This document shows positions 19,481-30,906 of a DNA stretch of 64,000 bases, in pieces; position 1 is the stretch's first letter, and every line of letters begins with the position of its first letter. The stretch is from an uncultured Chloroflexia bacterium (GTDB lineage Bacteria; Chloroflexota; Limnocylindria; Limnocylindrales; CSP1-4). The DNA lies in assembly GCA_963764785.1 (NCBI GenBank), contig CAVXTU010000004.1:9379-73378 (forward strand). Direction: 5' to 3'. The position numbers and the translations under genes are program-made. A model generated the notes under the pieces. It was not told the DNA's origin and made no database searches. It worked only from the letters and a program-made list of their open reading frames with translations.

Positions 19481-19645
19481 CCGTTCGCTCACCGGACTGG
19501 CCCTCCGGTAACGGCCCTGGGGCCTACGATGACGGTCATGACGTGCTCCTCGAGTGGCACACCGGCTCGCGCGGCGTCCTCGCCCCAAGCCTAGTCGGAA
19601 TGGACGGGTCGCTCATTTCCGTGGCCTCCCACGCCTGCCCCATCC

Positions 19646-22600
19646 TCACCGCGCCGCGCCGGCCGTACCGGCCCGGGTCCGCTTGGCCGTGCCAGCCATG
19701 GCGTTCTGGGCAGGCTTCTTGGCCCGGCGGCCATTGCTCGCCGGCGTGAAGGTGACATCGGAGAGCGGCAGCACCGGCTCGCCCTTGAGCACATGCTTCA
19801 GATATTCGCCGGTCGCCGAAGCCGCGACCCTGGCAACCTGCTCGGGCGTGCCCTGGGCCACGATCTGGCCACCCCGTGCGCCACCCTCCGGCCCCAGGTC
19901 GATGATCCAGTCCGCGGTCTTGATCACGTCCAGGTTGTGCTCGATGACGAAGACCGAGTTGCCAGTTTCCACGAGGCGATGCAGGACCTCGAGCAGCTTC
20001 TCGACATCTGCGAAATGCAGCCCAGTGGTGGGCTCATCAAGGATGTAGACGGTGCGTCCAGTGGCACGTCGCGACAGCTCGGTGGCGAGCTTGACGCGCT
20101 GCGCCTCACCACCAGACAACGTGGTGGCCGGCTGACCCAGACGGATGTAGCCGAGACCGACATCGACCAGCGTGGCCAGCTTGTTGAGCACCTTGGGAAC
20201 CGCACTGAAGACTTCGAGCGCCTCCGCCGCGGTCATGGCCAGGATGTCCGCGATGGAGTGGCCGCGGTAGTGGATCTCGAGCGCCTCGCGGTTGTAGCGC
20301 TTGCCCCCACATACCTCGCACGGCACGTAGACGTCGGGCAGGAACTGCATCTCGATCTTGAGGATGCCGTCCCCCTTGCAGTTCTCGCATCGGCCGCCTT
20401 TGACGTTGAAGCTGAACCGACCGGGCCCGTATCCACGGACGCGCGCTTCGGGCACCCCGGCGAAGAGCTCCCGGATGGGTCCGAACAATCCGGTGTAGGT
20501 CGCCGGATTGGAGCGCGGTGTCCGGCCGATGGGACTCTGGTCGATCTCCACGATCTTGTCGATGGCCTCGGTGCCTTCGAGGCCATCATGTGCACCAGGC
20601 TCCACACGTGCGCCGTTGACGGTCCGGGCAAGTGCCTGGTACAGGACGTCGGTCACGAGGGTCGACTTGCCCGACCCTGAGACGCCGGTCACGGCCGTGA
20701 AGGTCCCGAGCGGGAAGCGGACATCCAGGCCCTTGAGGTTGTGCTCGCGTGCGTTCCTGACCAGCAGGGCCTTGCCGTTGCCCTTGCGACGCCGGGTAGG
20801 CACCGGCACCATGCGCTCACCCCGCAGGAAGGCGCCCGTCACCGAGCGTTTCTCCTTGAGCACGGCATCGATGAGGCCGCTGGCGATGACCTCGCCACCG
20901 TGTTCGCCCGCCGCCGGCCCGATGTCCACGACCCAGTCTGCGACCCGGATGGTCTCCTCGTCGTGCTCGACGACGATGAGCGTGTTACCGATGTCTCGCA
21001 GGCGCAGCAGCGTGGCGATGAGCTTGGCGTTGTCCTTCTGATGCAATCCGATGGTGGGCTCGTCAAGGATGTAGAGCACGCCTACCAGGCTGGAGCCGAT
21101 CTGTGTGGCCAGGCGGATTCGCTGGGCCTCGCCCCCGGACAAGGTGGAGCTGGTGCGATCGATGGTGAGGTACTCGAGGCCGACGTCCGCCAGGAACCCG
21201 AGCCGACTGCCGATCTCCTTGTTGACCATCCGCGCGATGGCCATCTCACGATCGCTGAGGATTGACGGGAGTGCCGATACCCAGGCCAGCGCGTCAGCCA
21301 CCGACATGGCCGCGATATCACTGATGTTGCGCTCCTCGATGGTGACGCCAAGCGCATCGGGCTTGAGGCGCTTTCCGCCGCAGGTGGGACAGGGCCGGGC
21401 CACCATGTACTTCTCGAGTTCCGTCCGGATGTACTCCGAGTCCGTCTCCCGGTACCGCCGCTCGAGGTTGGTGACGACGCCCTCGAACGTCGCCACGTAC
21501 GAGTTCTCTCCACGATCGTGCTTGTAGCGAACCTCGACCTTCTCCGTCTTGTTGGCGAACAGCAGATGCTGCAGGGCGTCGGGCGGCAGGCCCTCGATGG
21601 CGGCGTGGTAGTCCCAATCGTGCGCATCCATGATGGCCTTGGTGGTCTTGAGCCGCCATGACAGCTCGGTCGGCACCGTGCGCCACGGCACCATGGCACC
21701 GTCCGGGATGGACTTGGTGCGATCGGGGATGATGCGGTCTACGTCGAACTCAAGGCGGATGCCCAGCCCGGTGCAATCAGGACAGGCACCGTGGGGAGAG
21801 TTGAACGAGAACGACCGCGGCTCCAGCTCGTCGATGGTGGTGCCGTCGTAGGCGCAGCTGTATCTCTCGCTGTAGCGCTGCTCGTCGAATGCGCCCGCGT
21901 CTGCCGGAGCGACGAGCATGACTCCCTCGCCCAGCCTCAGGGCCGTCTCCACCGAGTCGGACAGGCGGGCGGCATCAGGATCGGGGTTGTCCGGCCCGAA
22001 GGCGTTGCCGTCCGCGTCCGCGTGGCGCACCACGAGGCGGTCTACCACGACCTCGATGCTGTGGCGCTTGTACTTGTCCAGGCTTGGCGCCTCGTCGAGG
22101 TCCATGAGCTCACCGTCGACGCGGACGCGGACGAAGCCCTGGCGGCGTGCTCCCGCGAAGACACGCTCACCCTCGGTCTTGCGATCCTTGATGAGCGGAC
22201 CCAGGACCAGGATGCGGCTGCCATCGGGGAGCTTGCGGATCCGATCGGCGATCTGCTGCACGGTCATGCGGGCGATCTCGCGGCCGCACTTGGGGCAGTG
22301 CGGGTGCCCCACTCGCGCGAACAGCAGGCGCAGGTGGTCGTAGATCTCCGTGACCGTCCCGACGGTCGAGCGTGGGTTGCGCGAGGTGCCCTTCTGGTCG
22401 ATGGAGATGGCCGGAGAGAGGCCGTCGATCTGGTCGACGTCGGGCTTCTCCATCTGGCCCAGGAACTGGCGCGCATAGGCCGACAGCGACTCGACATAGC
22501 GACGCTGCCCTTCCGCGTAGATGGTGTCGAAGGCAAGGCTGGACTTGCCGCTTCCGGACAGGCCGGTGACGACGATCAGCTTGTCACGAGGCAGCTCGAC

Positions 22601-22660
22601 ATCGATGTTCTTGAGATTGTGCTCGCGAGCACCGCGAACGACGAGGAGGTCTTGGGGCAC
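19646..22660 (-). CDS. uvrA: excinuclease ABC subunit A
   Basis: Two ABC ATPase modules ([20 protein letters not shown]), zinc-finger cysteines, and a full-length uninterrupted 1004-aa ORF with a short basic C-terminal tail. Confidence 0.97.
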   Translation of the reverse strand: MPQDLLVVRGAREHNLKNIDVELPRDKLIVVTGLSGSGKSSLAFDTIYAEGQRRYVESLSAYARQFLGQMEKPDVDQIDGLSPAISIDQKGTSRNPRSTVGTVTEIYDHLRLLFARVGHPHCPKCGREIARMTVQQIADRIRKLPDGSRILVLGPLIKDRKTEGERVFAGARRQGFVRVRVDGELMDLDEAPSLDKYKRHSIEVVVDRLVVRHADADGNAFGPDNPDPDAARLSDSVETALRLGEGVMLVAPADAGAFDEQRYSERYSCAYDGTTIDELEPRSFSFNSPHGACPDCTGLGIRLEFDVDRIIPDRTKSIPDGAMVPWRTVPTELSWRLKTTKAIMDAHDWDYHAAIEGLPPDALQHLLFANKTEKVEVRYKHDRGENSYVATFEGVVTNLERRYRETDSEYIRTELEKYMVARPCPTCGGKRLKPDALGVTIEERNISDIAAMSVADALAWVSALPSILSDREMAIARMVNKEIGSRLGFLADVGLEYLTIDRTSSTLSGGEAQRIRLATQIGSSLVGVLYILDEPTIGLHQKDNAKLIATLLRLRDIGNTLIVVEHDEETIRVADWVVDIGPAAGEHGGEVIASGLIDAVLKEKRSVTGAFLRGERMVPVPTRRRKGNGKALLVRNAREHNLKGLDVRFPLGTFTAVTGVSGSGKSTLVTDVLYQALARTVNGARVEPGAHDGLEGTEAIDKIVEIDQSPIGRTPRSNPATYTGLFGPIRELFAGVPEARVRGYGPGRFSFNVKGGRCENCKGDGILKIEMQFLPDVYVPCEVCGGKRYNREALEIHYRGHSIADILAMTAAEALEVFSAVPKVLNKLATLVDVGLGYIRLGQPATTLSGGEAQRVKLATELSRRATGRTVYILDEPTTGLHFADVEKLLEVLHRLVETGNSVFVIEHNLDVIKTADWIIDLGPEGGARGGQIVAQGTPEQVARVAASATGEYLKHVLKGEPVLPLSDVTFTPASNGRRAKKPAQNAMAGTAKRTRAGTAGAAR

Positions 22661-22723
22661 GTCACCAGTCTAGAGCAGTCGGGACCTGTAGACCAGGCGT
22701 TCCAATTCGTCGTGGCCCTGTGG

Positions 22724-23743
22724 TCAATAGCCCCCCGCATCGACGTGCGTCTTGCCACGGAAGATGTAATACACGCCAGCGGTATACGACAGCACGAACG
22801 GCATGCCGATGAGCGCGACGATCAGCGCCACCGTCAGGGTGTTGTCGGCAGCAGCGGCATTGCTCACGGTGAGGTTGTTGGCGGCATCGGTGGTCGAGAT
22901 GAGCAGGTTGGGATACATCCCGATGGCCGCTGAGATCAGCAGGAGCCCGATCATCGCGCTCGACGCGACAAAGGCGTGGAAGTATCGCTCCAGGCGCATC
23001 ATCCGCCAGGCCACCAGGAATGCGCCGAGGGCCGCTGCCGGGAAGATGACCGGCCAGATGTCCTGCGTATACCGCTGGGTGATCTGCTGGCCGTCGACGA
23101 TGAGGACCACGATGACCAGGGTCATGAGAACGAAGAATGCGGCCGACAGCCGGGGCAGCCAGCCACGCAGCCGAGCCAGGATGTCTCCGTCGACCTTCAT
23201 CATCAGATAGAAGCCACCGTGCAACGCGAGCATGGCGACCGTGGTGATCCCGAACAGCAGCGCGAACGGGGACAGCAGGTCGATGAGCGTTATCGAGATG
23301 TTGCCGTCACTGTCCAATGGGACGCCCGCGACGACGTTGCCGAAGGCCACGCCCAGCAGGAGCGCCAATCCAGCTGAAGACGCAGCAAACGCCAGATCCC
23401 AGCCGGCTCGCCAACGCGTGCTCTTCTCCTTGCTGCGGAACTCGATGGCCACCGCGCGCAGGATCAGCACCACGAGGACCAGCATCATCGCCAGGTAGAA
23501 GCCCGAGAACAGCGACGCATAGACCAGCGGGAAGACGGCGAAGAGGACGCCGCCGCCGAGCACCAGCCAGACCTCGTTGCCGTCCCAGATCGGCCCGATG
23601 CTGTTGAGCATCAGGCGACGCTCGGTGTCGTTGCGGGCCAGAGGCAGGTGCAGGATGCCCACGCCCATGTCGAAGCCGTCAAGGATGAGATAGCCGGCGA
23701 TGATCAACACGAACAGGGCGAACCAGATGTCGGCCAGGTTCAC
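22724..23743 (-). CDS. cydB: cytochrome bd ubiquinol oxidase subunit II
   Basis: A polytopic membrane protein with a typical CydB N-terminus (WFALFVLIIAGYLILDGFDMGVG). It overlaps cydA by 4 nt. Confidence 0.92.
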   Translation of the reverse strand: MNLADIWFALFVLIIAGYLILDGFDMGVGILHLPLARNDTERRLMLNSIGPIWDGNEVWLVLGGGVLFAVFPLVYASLFSGFYLAMMLVLVVLILRAVAIEFRSKEKSTRWRAGWDLAFAASSAGLALLLGVAFGNVVAGVPLDSDGNISITLIDLLSPFALLFGITTVAMLALHGGFYLMMKVDGDILARLRGWLPRLSAAFFVLMTLVIVVLIVDGQQITQRYTQDIWPVIFPAAALGAFLVAWRMMRLERYFHAFVASSAMIGLLLISAAIGMYPNLLISTTDAANNLTVSNAAAADNTLTVALIVALIGMPFVLSYTAGVYYIFRGKTHVDAGGY

Positions 23744-25257
23744 GAGGCACCCTCCCCGTCATCAGTGGGCTTCGCGTCAGTGGGCTTCGCGTCGTCCGCG
23801 ACATCGTCCGCGGCCTCAGCCGGGACGGTCGGCTCTCCATCGACCGGCGGTGGGCCGGCCTCGTGCGGACGCTTGCGGAATACGTCACGGAACGTATTGG
23901 GCAGGTCGGTGACAGCCACCGTCTCCACCGCCTCGAGCGGCTCTGGACCGGCCTGGATCTTGCGGTTCATGAGGTACAGGAAGAGGATGAACAGGATCGT
24001 GTACATGAAGATGAAGAGGCCCAGCGAGGCCACCACATCGAAGCTGGAAAGCAGGGGGGACACGCCGTTCGCTGTCTCGAGCACGTTGTAGACGACCCAC
24101 GGCTGTCGTCCGATCTCCGCAGTCCACCAGCCCGCGGTGATGGCGATCTCAGACAGGAACACGCTGAGCACGAGCAGCCAGAGCACGAACCGCGAGCGGT
24201 AGATGCGTCGCTTCCAGGCGTACCAGACGCCGGCCAGAACGGCGATCCCCGCCAGGATGGGACCCAGGTTGATCATGATGTGATAAACCTGAAACAGCAG
24301 GTTGATGGGTGGCGTGGGGTCCGGTGCGAAGGAATTGATGCCCGCAACCGTGGCATCGATGTTCTGGTAAGCCAGGAAGCTGAGCAGGCACGGGATGCTG
24401 ATCCCGGTGGTGGTCTGTGTACTCACATCGACCCATCCAAGCAGGAACATGGGGGCACAGGAGGCCGATTCCCAGAGGCCCTCCATCGAGGCCAGCTTGA
24501 GGGGCTGCTGGTTCGTCACCTCGATGGCCATATTGGGCCCGAAGATGAACAGGTTCGTGACCGCGAAGAGGATGAAGAAGGGCAGCGCCAGCTTGAGATT
24601 GGAGATGGCCAGGTCCACGTTTCGCCGGCGCAGCAGGTACCAGGCAGTGACGCTGAGCATCAGCGCCGATCCGGTCGTCCACGCAGCGGCCCACACGTGG
24701 AACAGCCGTGGCAGGAACGATGGCGTGAACACGACTTCCCAGAAGCTCGTCATCACGGCACGTGCCGGGGCCGGCGTCTGGGCGATGGTGTAGCCCTGCG
24801 GCGTCTGCATCCAGGAGTTGGCCATCAGGATCCAGAGCGCGCTGAAATGTGCGCCGAAGGTGACCATGAAGATGGAGAACAACCACATCTTGGGCCCGAG
24901 CCGATTACCTCCAAAGAGCATGAGCCCGAGGAAGCCGCCCTCTAGGAAGAAGGCGAACACCCCCTCGGCGGCCAGCAGGGAGCCGAAGACGTTGCCGACG
25001 AAGCGGGAATAGTCGGCCCAGTTCATGCCGAACTCGAATTCCTGGACGACCCCGGTGGCGACGCCCATGGCAAACACGATGCCGTAGATCTTGACCCAGA
25101 AGAACGACAGCTGGCGCCACTTGGGGTCCTTCGTCCTGAGGTAGACGATGCCCATCGCGACCAGCATCAGACCGAGGCCCATGGAGATGGGCGGGAAGAT
25201 GAAGTGGTAGCTGGCCGTCAGCGCGAACTGGATCCGCGATAGGAGCTCGGAATCCAT
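23740..25257 (-). CDS. cydA: cytochrome bd ubiquinol oxidase subunit I
   Basis: SRIQFALTASYHFIFPPISMGL, a Q-loop region, and GWWTAEIGRQPWVV. The acidic C-terminal tail carries a PTDAK duplication. Confidence 0.95.
   Translation of the reverse strand: MDSELLSRIQFALTASYHFIFPPISMGLGLMLVAMGIVYLRTKDPKWRQLSFFWVKIYGIVFAMGVATGVVQEFEFGMNWADYSRFVGNVFGSLLAAEGVFAFFLEGGFLGLMLFGGNRLGPKMWLFSIFMVTFGAHFSALWILMANSWMQTPQGYTIAQTPAPARAVMTSFWEVVFTPSFLPRLFHVWAAAWTTGSALMLSVTAWYLLRRRNVDLAISNLKLALPFFILFAVTNLFIFGPNMAIEVTNQQPLKLASMEGLWESASCAPMFLLGWVDVSTQTTTGISIPCLLSFLAYQNIDATVAGINSFAPDPTPPINLLFQVYHIMINLGPILAGIAVLAGVWYAWKRRIYRSRFVLWLLVLSVFLSEIAITAGWWTAEIGRQPWVVYNVLETANGVSPLLSSFDVVASLGLFIFMYTILFILFLYLMNRKIQAGPEPLEAVETVAVTDLPNTFRDVFRKRPHEAGPPPVDGEPTVPAEAADDVADDAKPTDAKPTDDGEGAS
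23762..23791. repeat. perfect 15-bp tandem duplication (tcagtgggcttcgcg x2) inside the cydA tail
   Basis: Read directly from the sequence. On the coding strand it encodes PTDAK-PTDAK. Confidence 0.9.
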
Positions 25258-25423
25258 CCGTTCCCTCCGTTTCGCCCGCTACATTGGCCCAACGCTGATC
25301 GTCGAACTGGCGCGCACTCCACCGCGATGATACCGAATATGTCGTGCCACGACGACCGGCCAAGCGCAGGTCTACACTCGAACTGACAATGCGGGTGTGG
25401 ATACCGAGGACCGAGGGAGAAGC

Positions 25424-26728
25424 ATGAGTGAGTTGCGGCACGTGGTCGTCGTGGGCGGTGGTTTCGCTGGGGTCGGGGCAGCCAAGGCGTTGGCCAAGGA
25501 CGCTCGCGTCGAGGTCACCCTGATCGACCAACACAACTACCACCAATTCCAGCCGCTGCTCTACCAGGTTGCCACCTCCCAGTTGGCGGAGACGGATGTT
25601 GCCTATCCCATCCGGAACATGGCGCGCCTTCGGACGAACTTCGACGTCAAGCTGGGCACCGTGACGAGTGTGGATCCGGTCGCACGATCAGTGACCACGG
25701 CCGAGGGCCAGACGTATTCCGGTGACTACCTCGTCCTGGCCGCCGGATCTCAGCCCTACTACTTCAAGACACCGGGCGCCAAGGAGCACGCGTTCCCGCT
25801 CTATTCCGTCGAGGATGCCGTGCGGTTGCGGACTCGCATCCTGCAGCTCTTCGAGGACGCTGACCGCGACGCCAGCCTGATCGACGAGGGCGCCGTCGAG
25901 TTCGTCGTCGTCGGTGGTGGGCCCACGGGCGTTGAGATCTCTGGTGCCCTGGCAGAGATGATCAACGGCACGCTCGCCTCGGAGTACCGGGATGTCGCCG
26001 TGGGCAAGGCGCAGGTCCACCTCGTGGACCACGGCCACGCGCTGCTCGCGATGTTTTCCCAGAAGGCCGGCGACTACACCGCCAAGGTACTCCAGAAGGA
26101 TGGTGTGCGGCTGCACCTCGGGACCGGCGTCACCGAGGTCGGACCGGGACACGTGAAACTGTCCGATGGCAGCACCATCAAGACCCGTTGCGTCATCTGG
26201 GGCGGTGGGTTGCAGGCTGCGCCGCTCGCCGCCGATATCGCGCTACCCACCAGCCGTGGAGGTCGCATCGACGTCGCGCCGGACCTGACCGTGGAGGGCT
26301 TCCCGGGCGTCTATGTCGTGGGTGACGTCGCCAACATCCCGAGTCCGGACGGCAAGACCCATCCGCAGCTGGGCTCGGTCGCGATGCAAAGCGGCAGCTG
26401 GGCGGGCAAGAACATCATCGCCGAGATCGACGGGGGTGCGGCCAAGCCATTCCACTACCTTGACAAGGGAACCATGGCGATGATCGGCCGGAATTCTGCC
26501 ATCGCGGAGATCCCCATCGGTCACCACGAGCTGCACGGCGCCATCGCGTTCGCGGCCTGGCTCGGGGTGCACTCGGTCCTGATGTCGGGCTTCCGCAATC
26601 GCATCGACGCGTTCGTCGAATGGGGTTGGGATTACTTCGGCAAGTCGCGAGGGCCACAGGTCCTTGATCGCAGCGAAGCAGCCCGGATCGACTGGGGCGA
26701 CGAAGACAGTGAGGCGGAGTCCAGCTAG
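25424..26728 (+). CDS. ndh: type II NADH dehydrogenase (NDH-2)
   Basis: Two Rossmann motifs (VVVVGGGFAGV, FVVVGGGPTGVE). The ATG at 25424 is preceded by gagggaga. The ORF track starts earlier, at a GTG at 25397. Confidence 0.9.
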   Translation: MSELRHVVVVGGGFAGVGAAKALAKDARVEVTLIDQHNYHQFQPLLYQVATSQLAETDVAYPIRNMARLRTNFDVKLGTVTSVDPVARSVTTAEGQTYSGDYLVLAAGSQPYYFKTPGAKEHAFPLYSVEDAVRLRTRILQLFEDADRDASLIDEGAVEFVVVGGGPTGVEISGALAEMINGTLASEYRDVAVGKAQVHLVDHGHALLAMFSQKAGDYTAKVLQKDGVRLHLGTGVTEVGPGHVKLSDGSTIKTRCVIWGGGLQAAPLAADIALPTSRGGRIDVAPDLTVEGFPGVYVVGDVANIPSPDGKTHPQLGSVAMQSGSWAGKNIIAEIDGGAAKPFHYLDKGTMAMIGRNSAIAEIPIGHHELHGAIAFAAWLGVHSVLMSGFRNRIDAFVEWGWDYFGKSRGPQVLDRSEAARIDWGDEDSEAESS

Positions 26729-27648
26729 CGAGGCGCCGCAGGTGTCAGGCCCCAGGCTCCCGAGAAGGTGGCGTCTGGCTGCAGCGTGATGAGGCCGTCG
26801 CCGCTGTTGAACGCATCAGGGGCGCACGTCATGGGCTCGACCGCGACGGCGTGGCGAGCACGTGACGAGAGGGTGTCGCCCGTGAAGAGCATCAGGTAAT
26901 CGTAGGCGCGATCGACCCACAGGCTCAGACGACGGCCCTCCGAATCCCCGAGATGTACCCACGCGAGGCCGTCACCGTCGCGCTCGAGGTCGCTGAAGCC
27001 GTCATCGAGCCGTGCACTCCCGATCGCCTTGGGTCGGCGGAAATCCAACGCCGTGCCATCGACCACGTCCCGCGCGACCGGGATGCCTCGCTCATCGGAC
27101 CGCAGGTGGACCCGACCCGGCGCCTGGAGTGTCACTTCGTCGACGGGCACGACACCGATGGTGAGGTACGGATGCATGCCACTGCCGAACGGGCAGGGTT
27201 GCGAGCCGATGTTGCGAGCCGTGGTATGGACGGCCAAGCCGTCATCAGTCAGGGCGTATTCGATGCTGAGTTCGAGCGAGAACGGGTAGCCTGGTGACGG
27301 GTGCAAGACATGGCCCACGACGACTCGGTCGGGCTCTTGCTCGAGGATCGTCCAGGCGGCCCACCGCACCAGACCATGGATGGCATTCTGGCTCGCAGCC
27401 TCGGAGAGCGGGAGTTGCTGGGGCTGGCCGTCGAACGCGTATCGACCATCGCGGATGCGATTGGGCCACGGCATCAGCACCTGCCCGCGACCGCCGGAGC
27501 ACATCTCAGCTTCGGCGTACCCATCCAGCACGTCGCGATCGCCGAAGCGATACGAGCGCAGACCGCCGCCGACCTCGACCACCGTAGCCCGCTGCGCACC
27601 ACGGATGAGGTCGATCTGCGTTCCGGACGGCGGACGTGGACTCTTCAT
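26725..27648 (-). CDS. aldose 1-epimerase (galactose mutarotase-like) family protein
   Basis: The segment GGRGQVLMPWPNRIRDGRYAFDG...IHGLVRW is typical of the family. Its stop overlaps the ndh stop on the opposite strand (palindromic CTAG at 26725-26728). Confidence 0.8.
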   Translation of the reverse strand: MKSPRPPSGTQIDLIRGAQRATVVEVGGGLRSYRFGDRDVLDGYAEAEMCSGGRGQVLMPWPNRIRDGRYAFDGQPQQLPLSEAASQNAIHGLVRWAAWTILEQEPDRVVVGHVLHPSPGYPFSLELSIEYALTDDGLAVHTTARNIGSQPCPFGSGMHPYLTIGVVPVDEVTLQAPGRVHLRSDERGIPVARDVVDGTALDFRRPKAIGSARLDDGFSDLERDGDGLAWVHLGDSEGRRLSLWVDRAYDYLMLFTGDTLSSRARHAVAVEPMTCAPDAFNSGDGLITLQPDATFSGAWGLTPAAPR

Positions 27649-27660
27649 GGTTCAGCCCGA

Positions 27661-28335
27661 TCAGCCGTTGGGGGCTGCGGCCTTGTCAGCGATGATGTGG
27701 ATGGAATCGACTTCGATCCGGGCCGCCGGGATGGACGTGTCGCCAGCACGGAGCTTCCGGAGGGCGTCGACCTTGTCCGCGCCGGTCACCAGGAAGAGCA
27801 CCTCACGCGCTCGCGAGATGCCCTCGTAGGTCAGCGTCATGCGCCGACGACCCTGGTACTCGCTCGTGACACCGACGGAGTGATCGGCAACCTCGAGCAC
27901 AGGGTCACCCGGCACCAGGGAGGCCGTGTGTCCGTCTGGACCGAGCCCCAGGTGCACCAGGTCGAACATCTCCGGCAACGACTCGCCGTATCGCTCGGCG
28001 GCACCCTCGATGTCGGGCTCCTCGCAGGGCATGGCATGCACTTCGGCATCGCCCTCCGGAGGAAGGCTGGCCAGAAGATGGGTCAGGTTGCGGTCCGGGT
28101 CGCCGTACGGTGCCACGCGCTCATCGGCCTGGTAGATGTCGCACTGCCGCCAGGGCACGTCCTCGTCGGCGAGATCGGCGAACATGGACCACGGCGTCCG
28201 GCCGCCACTGACGGCAAAGGTAAAGCGGCCATGGTCGGCCACGGCGTCTCGGGCAGCCCGAGCGACGTACTCGGCTGCGCGACGCGCTACCGCCTCGGCA
28301 TCGGGCAGGATCTCGATGGTGATGGCATTCGTCAC
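27661..28335 (-). CDS. pgl: 6-phosphogluconolactonase
   Basis: FTFAVSGGRTP and LGLGPDGHTASL motifs. It overlaps gnd by 4 nt. Confidence 0.85.
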   Translation of the reverse strand: MTNAITIEILPDAEAVARRAAEYVARAARDAVADHGRFTFAVSGGRTPWSMFADLADEDVPWRQCDIYQADERVAPYGDPDRNLTHLLASLPPEGDAEVHAMPCEEPDIEGAAERYGESLPEMFDLVHLGLGPDGHTASLVPGDPVLEVADHSVGVTSEYQGRRRMTLTYEGISRAREVLFLVTGADKVDALRKLRAGDTSIPAARIEVDSIHIIADKAAAPNG

Positions 28336-29366
28336 GCTTTCTTCTCGTCGTGCCCGCCGAACTCCTTGCGCATGGCTGACTGGACGCGATCCGCGAACTC
28401 ATTGAGCCCTCGGGAGGCGAAGCGTGAGTACAGCGCCGCGGTCAACACCGGAGCCGGCACGCCTTCCTCGATCGCCGCGACCGAGGTCCAGCGACCCTCG
28501 CCCGAGTCGGACACGCGCCCGGAGAATTCCTCCAGCTGCGGCGACGCGTACAAGGCCTCGGCGGTCAGGTCCAGCAGCCACGAGCCGATGACGCTGCCGC
28601 GTCGCCACACTTCGGAGACCTCGGCAAGGTCGACCTCGTATTGATAGTACTGGGGATGCTCCAGCGGGCTGGTCTCGGCGTCCATGACCTGCTTGGTCTT
28701 GCCGGCATTGCCGCCACGGATGATGGCCAGGCCTTCGGCGTACGCGGCCATGACGCCGTACTCGATGCCGTTGTGGACCATCTTCACGAAATGGCCCGCC
28801 CCGTTGGGCCCGCAGCGCAGATATCCCTGCTCCGAAGGGCTGGGATCTCCGGAACGACCTGCGGTGCGGGGCACATCACCCATACCCGGCGCTACTGATG
28901 CGAACAGCGGGCTGAGGCGATCCACGACATCCTCCTCGCCGCCGATCATCAGGCAGTAGCCGCGCTCAAGTCCCCATACGCCGCCACTGGTGCCGCAGTC
29001 GATGTGATGGATGCCCTTCTCCTTGAGCTCACTCGCGCGGCGAATGTCGTCAAGATAGTGCGAGTTGCCCCCGTCGATGATGGCATCCCCTGGCTCCAAC
29101 ACCTCGGACAGCGAGGCGATCGTCTTGTCCGTGATCTCGCCGGCCGGCACCATCACCCAGACGGCTCGCGGCTTCTCCAACTTGGCCACGAACTCCTGGA
29201 GTGTGGTGGCCCCGTCGACGCCCTCCGTCTCGAGCGCCTTGACAGCGGCCTCGTTGACGTCATAGCCGACGCAGCGATGGCCATCGCGCGTAAGACGCCG
29301 CACGATATTGGCGCCCATCCGGCCCAGGCCGACCATCCCAAGCTGCATGGGTTTGCTTGTCGCCAT
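28332..29366 (-). CDS. gnd: 6-phosphogluconate dehydrogenase (decarboxylating), short form
   Basis: N-terminal Rossmann motif ([17 protein letters not shown]), GTSGGVWG and [16 protein letters not shown]. Confidence 0.88.
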   Translation of the reverse strand: MATSKPMQLGMVGLGRMGANIVRRLTRDGHRCVGYDVNEAAVKALETEGVDGATTLQEFVAKLEKPRAVWVMVPAGEITDKTIASLSEVLEPGDAIIDGGNSHYLDDIRRASELKEKGIHHIDCGTSGGVWGLERGYCLMIGGEEDVVDRLSPLFASVAPGMGDVPRTAGRSGDPSPSEQGYLRCGPNGAGHFVKMVHNGIEYGVMAAYAEGLAIIRGGNAGKTKQVMDAETSPLEHPQYYQYEVDLAEVSEVWRRGSVIGSWLLDLTAEALYASPQLEEFSGRVSDSGEGRWTSVAAIEEGVPAPVLTAALYSRFASRGLNEFADRVQSAMRKEFGGHDEKKA

Positions 29367-29507
29367 CGTTCACTCCTCGGTTCGCGCTTGCTCGTTGTCC
29401 GCTGCCCAGCCGTTGGCTTCTGGCGGCGTTGGTCCGATTGTATGATGCGCCTTGCGGCCCGACGTCATCCAGCGATGCGCGACCCGGTCAAGCATGAGGT
29501 AGCAGAA

Positions 29508-30906
29508 ATGGCGGACGACCCTACGGCAGCCGATGCCCTGGTCATCTTCGGGATCAGTGGCGACCTGGCACGCAAGATGACCTTCAAGTCCTTGTATCTA
29601 CTGGAGCGCAGGAAGCTGCTGCATCACCCCATCATCGGGGTGGCGACCAGACCGTGGACGGATGATGACCTGCGTGGCCATGCCCGAGCCGCGATCGAGG
29701 CCTCGGACGTCCCCTTCGAGGAAGCCACGTTCGAGCGACTGGCTGCCCGGCTCTCCTACATCTCTGGCGACTTCAAGGCGGATGGCACGTACGACGCCAT
29801 ACGCACCGCCCTCGGCAACGCCCAGCGGCCGGTCTTCTACCTGGAGATCCCGCCCTTCCTGTTCGCGACGGTGGTCAAGGGCCTGGCGCGCGTGGGCCTG
29901 ACCGAGAGCGCCCGCGTGGCGATCGAGAAGCCGTTCGGCCATGACCTCGCCTCAGCGAGGCAGCTCAACACCGAGCTGCATGCCCTGATCCGCGAGGACC
30001 AGCTCTTCCGGATCGACCACTACCTCGGAAAGATGTCCGTAGACGACATCATGTTCCTGCGCTTTGCCAATGCCGTGCTCGAACCGATCTGGAACCGTCA
30101 GTACGTCGAATCGGTGCTCATCACGAAGGCGGAAGATTTCGATGTTGCCGACCGCGGCCGCTTCTATGATCCGGTCGGGGCCATGCGTGATGTCGTCCAG
30201 AACCACCTGCTCCAGGTGCTGAGCATGGTGGCCATGGAGCCGCCCAATGGCGGATCTGCCGACGTCATCGGCGATCGCAAGCGCGACGTCTTCGTGGCCA
30301 TGCCGCCACTCGATCCGTCTCACTATGTCCGCGGTCAATACCGCGGCTACCTCGATGTCGAAGGCGTGGCCCCGGGGTCGACGACTGAGACGTACTGCGC
30401 CATGCGCCTTGAGATCGAGAACTGGCGCTGGTCTGGCGTGCCCTTCTACATCCGCGCCGGCAAGTCGCTACCTGAGACCATCACCGAAGTGCGGATCGTC
30501 TTCAAGCACCCGCCCCGCCTCGGGTTCGCGCCACGCGGCATCCGGGGTCCCAAGGCGAACGTCCTGGTCCTTCGGATCGACCCCGAGCCCGGGGCGCGCC
30601 TGCAGCTGCAGGCCAAGGACCCCGATGCATTCGGCATCCGGGACATCCACCTGGACATGGACTTCCAGTCCGAGGGAGGCGAGGGTCCGACACCATACGA
30701 GACGCTGCTCCAGGGCGCGATGATGGGCGACCGTAGTCATTTCGCGCGTCAGGATGCAGTGGAGGAAACGTGGCGCATCATGCAGCCGGCCCTGGACGCC
30801 CCTCCCAAGATGGAGATCTACGAGCCCGGCTCATGGGGCCCGGTCTCGGCTGAGCGCCTGCCCGGAGCGGCAGGGTGGATGGCAGGAACCCTGGCTGCCC
30901 TCATGA
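29508..30906 (+). CDS. zwf: glucose-6-phosphate 1-dehydrogenase; the 3' end is probably frame-disrupted near 30861-30863
   Basis: [21 protein letters not shown] and YEPGSWGP motifs. The ATG at 29508 follows gaggt. As printed, the frame runs with no stop into the next gene, giving the 900-aa ORF. One base fewer in the CCC run at 30861-30863 gives ...[18 protein letters not shown] and a TGA at 30904-30906. Confidence 0.85.

Noticed and set aside
29004-29507. Upstream 168 codons of the zwf ORF
   Set aside because: They are antisense to gnd and have junk composition. The conserved Zwf N-terminus starts at the ATG at 29508, which has its own SD.
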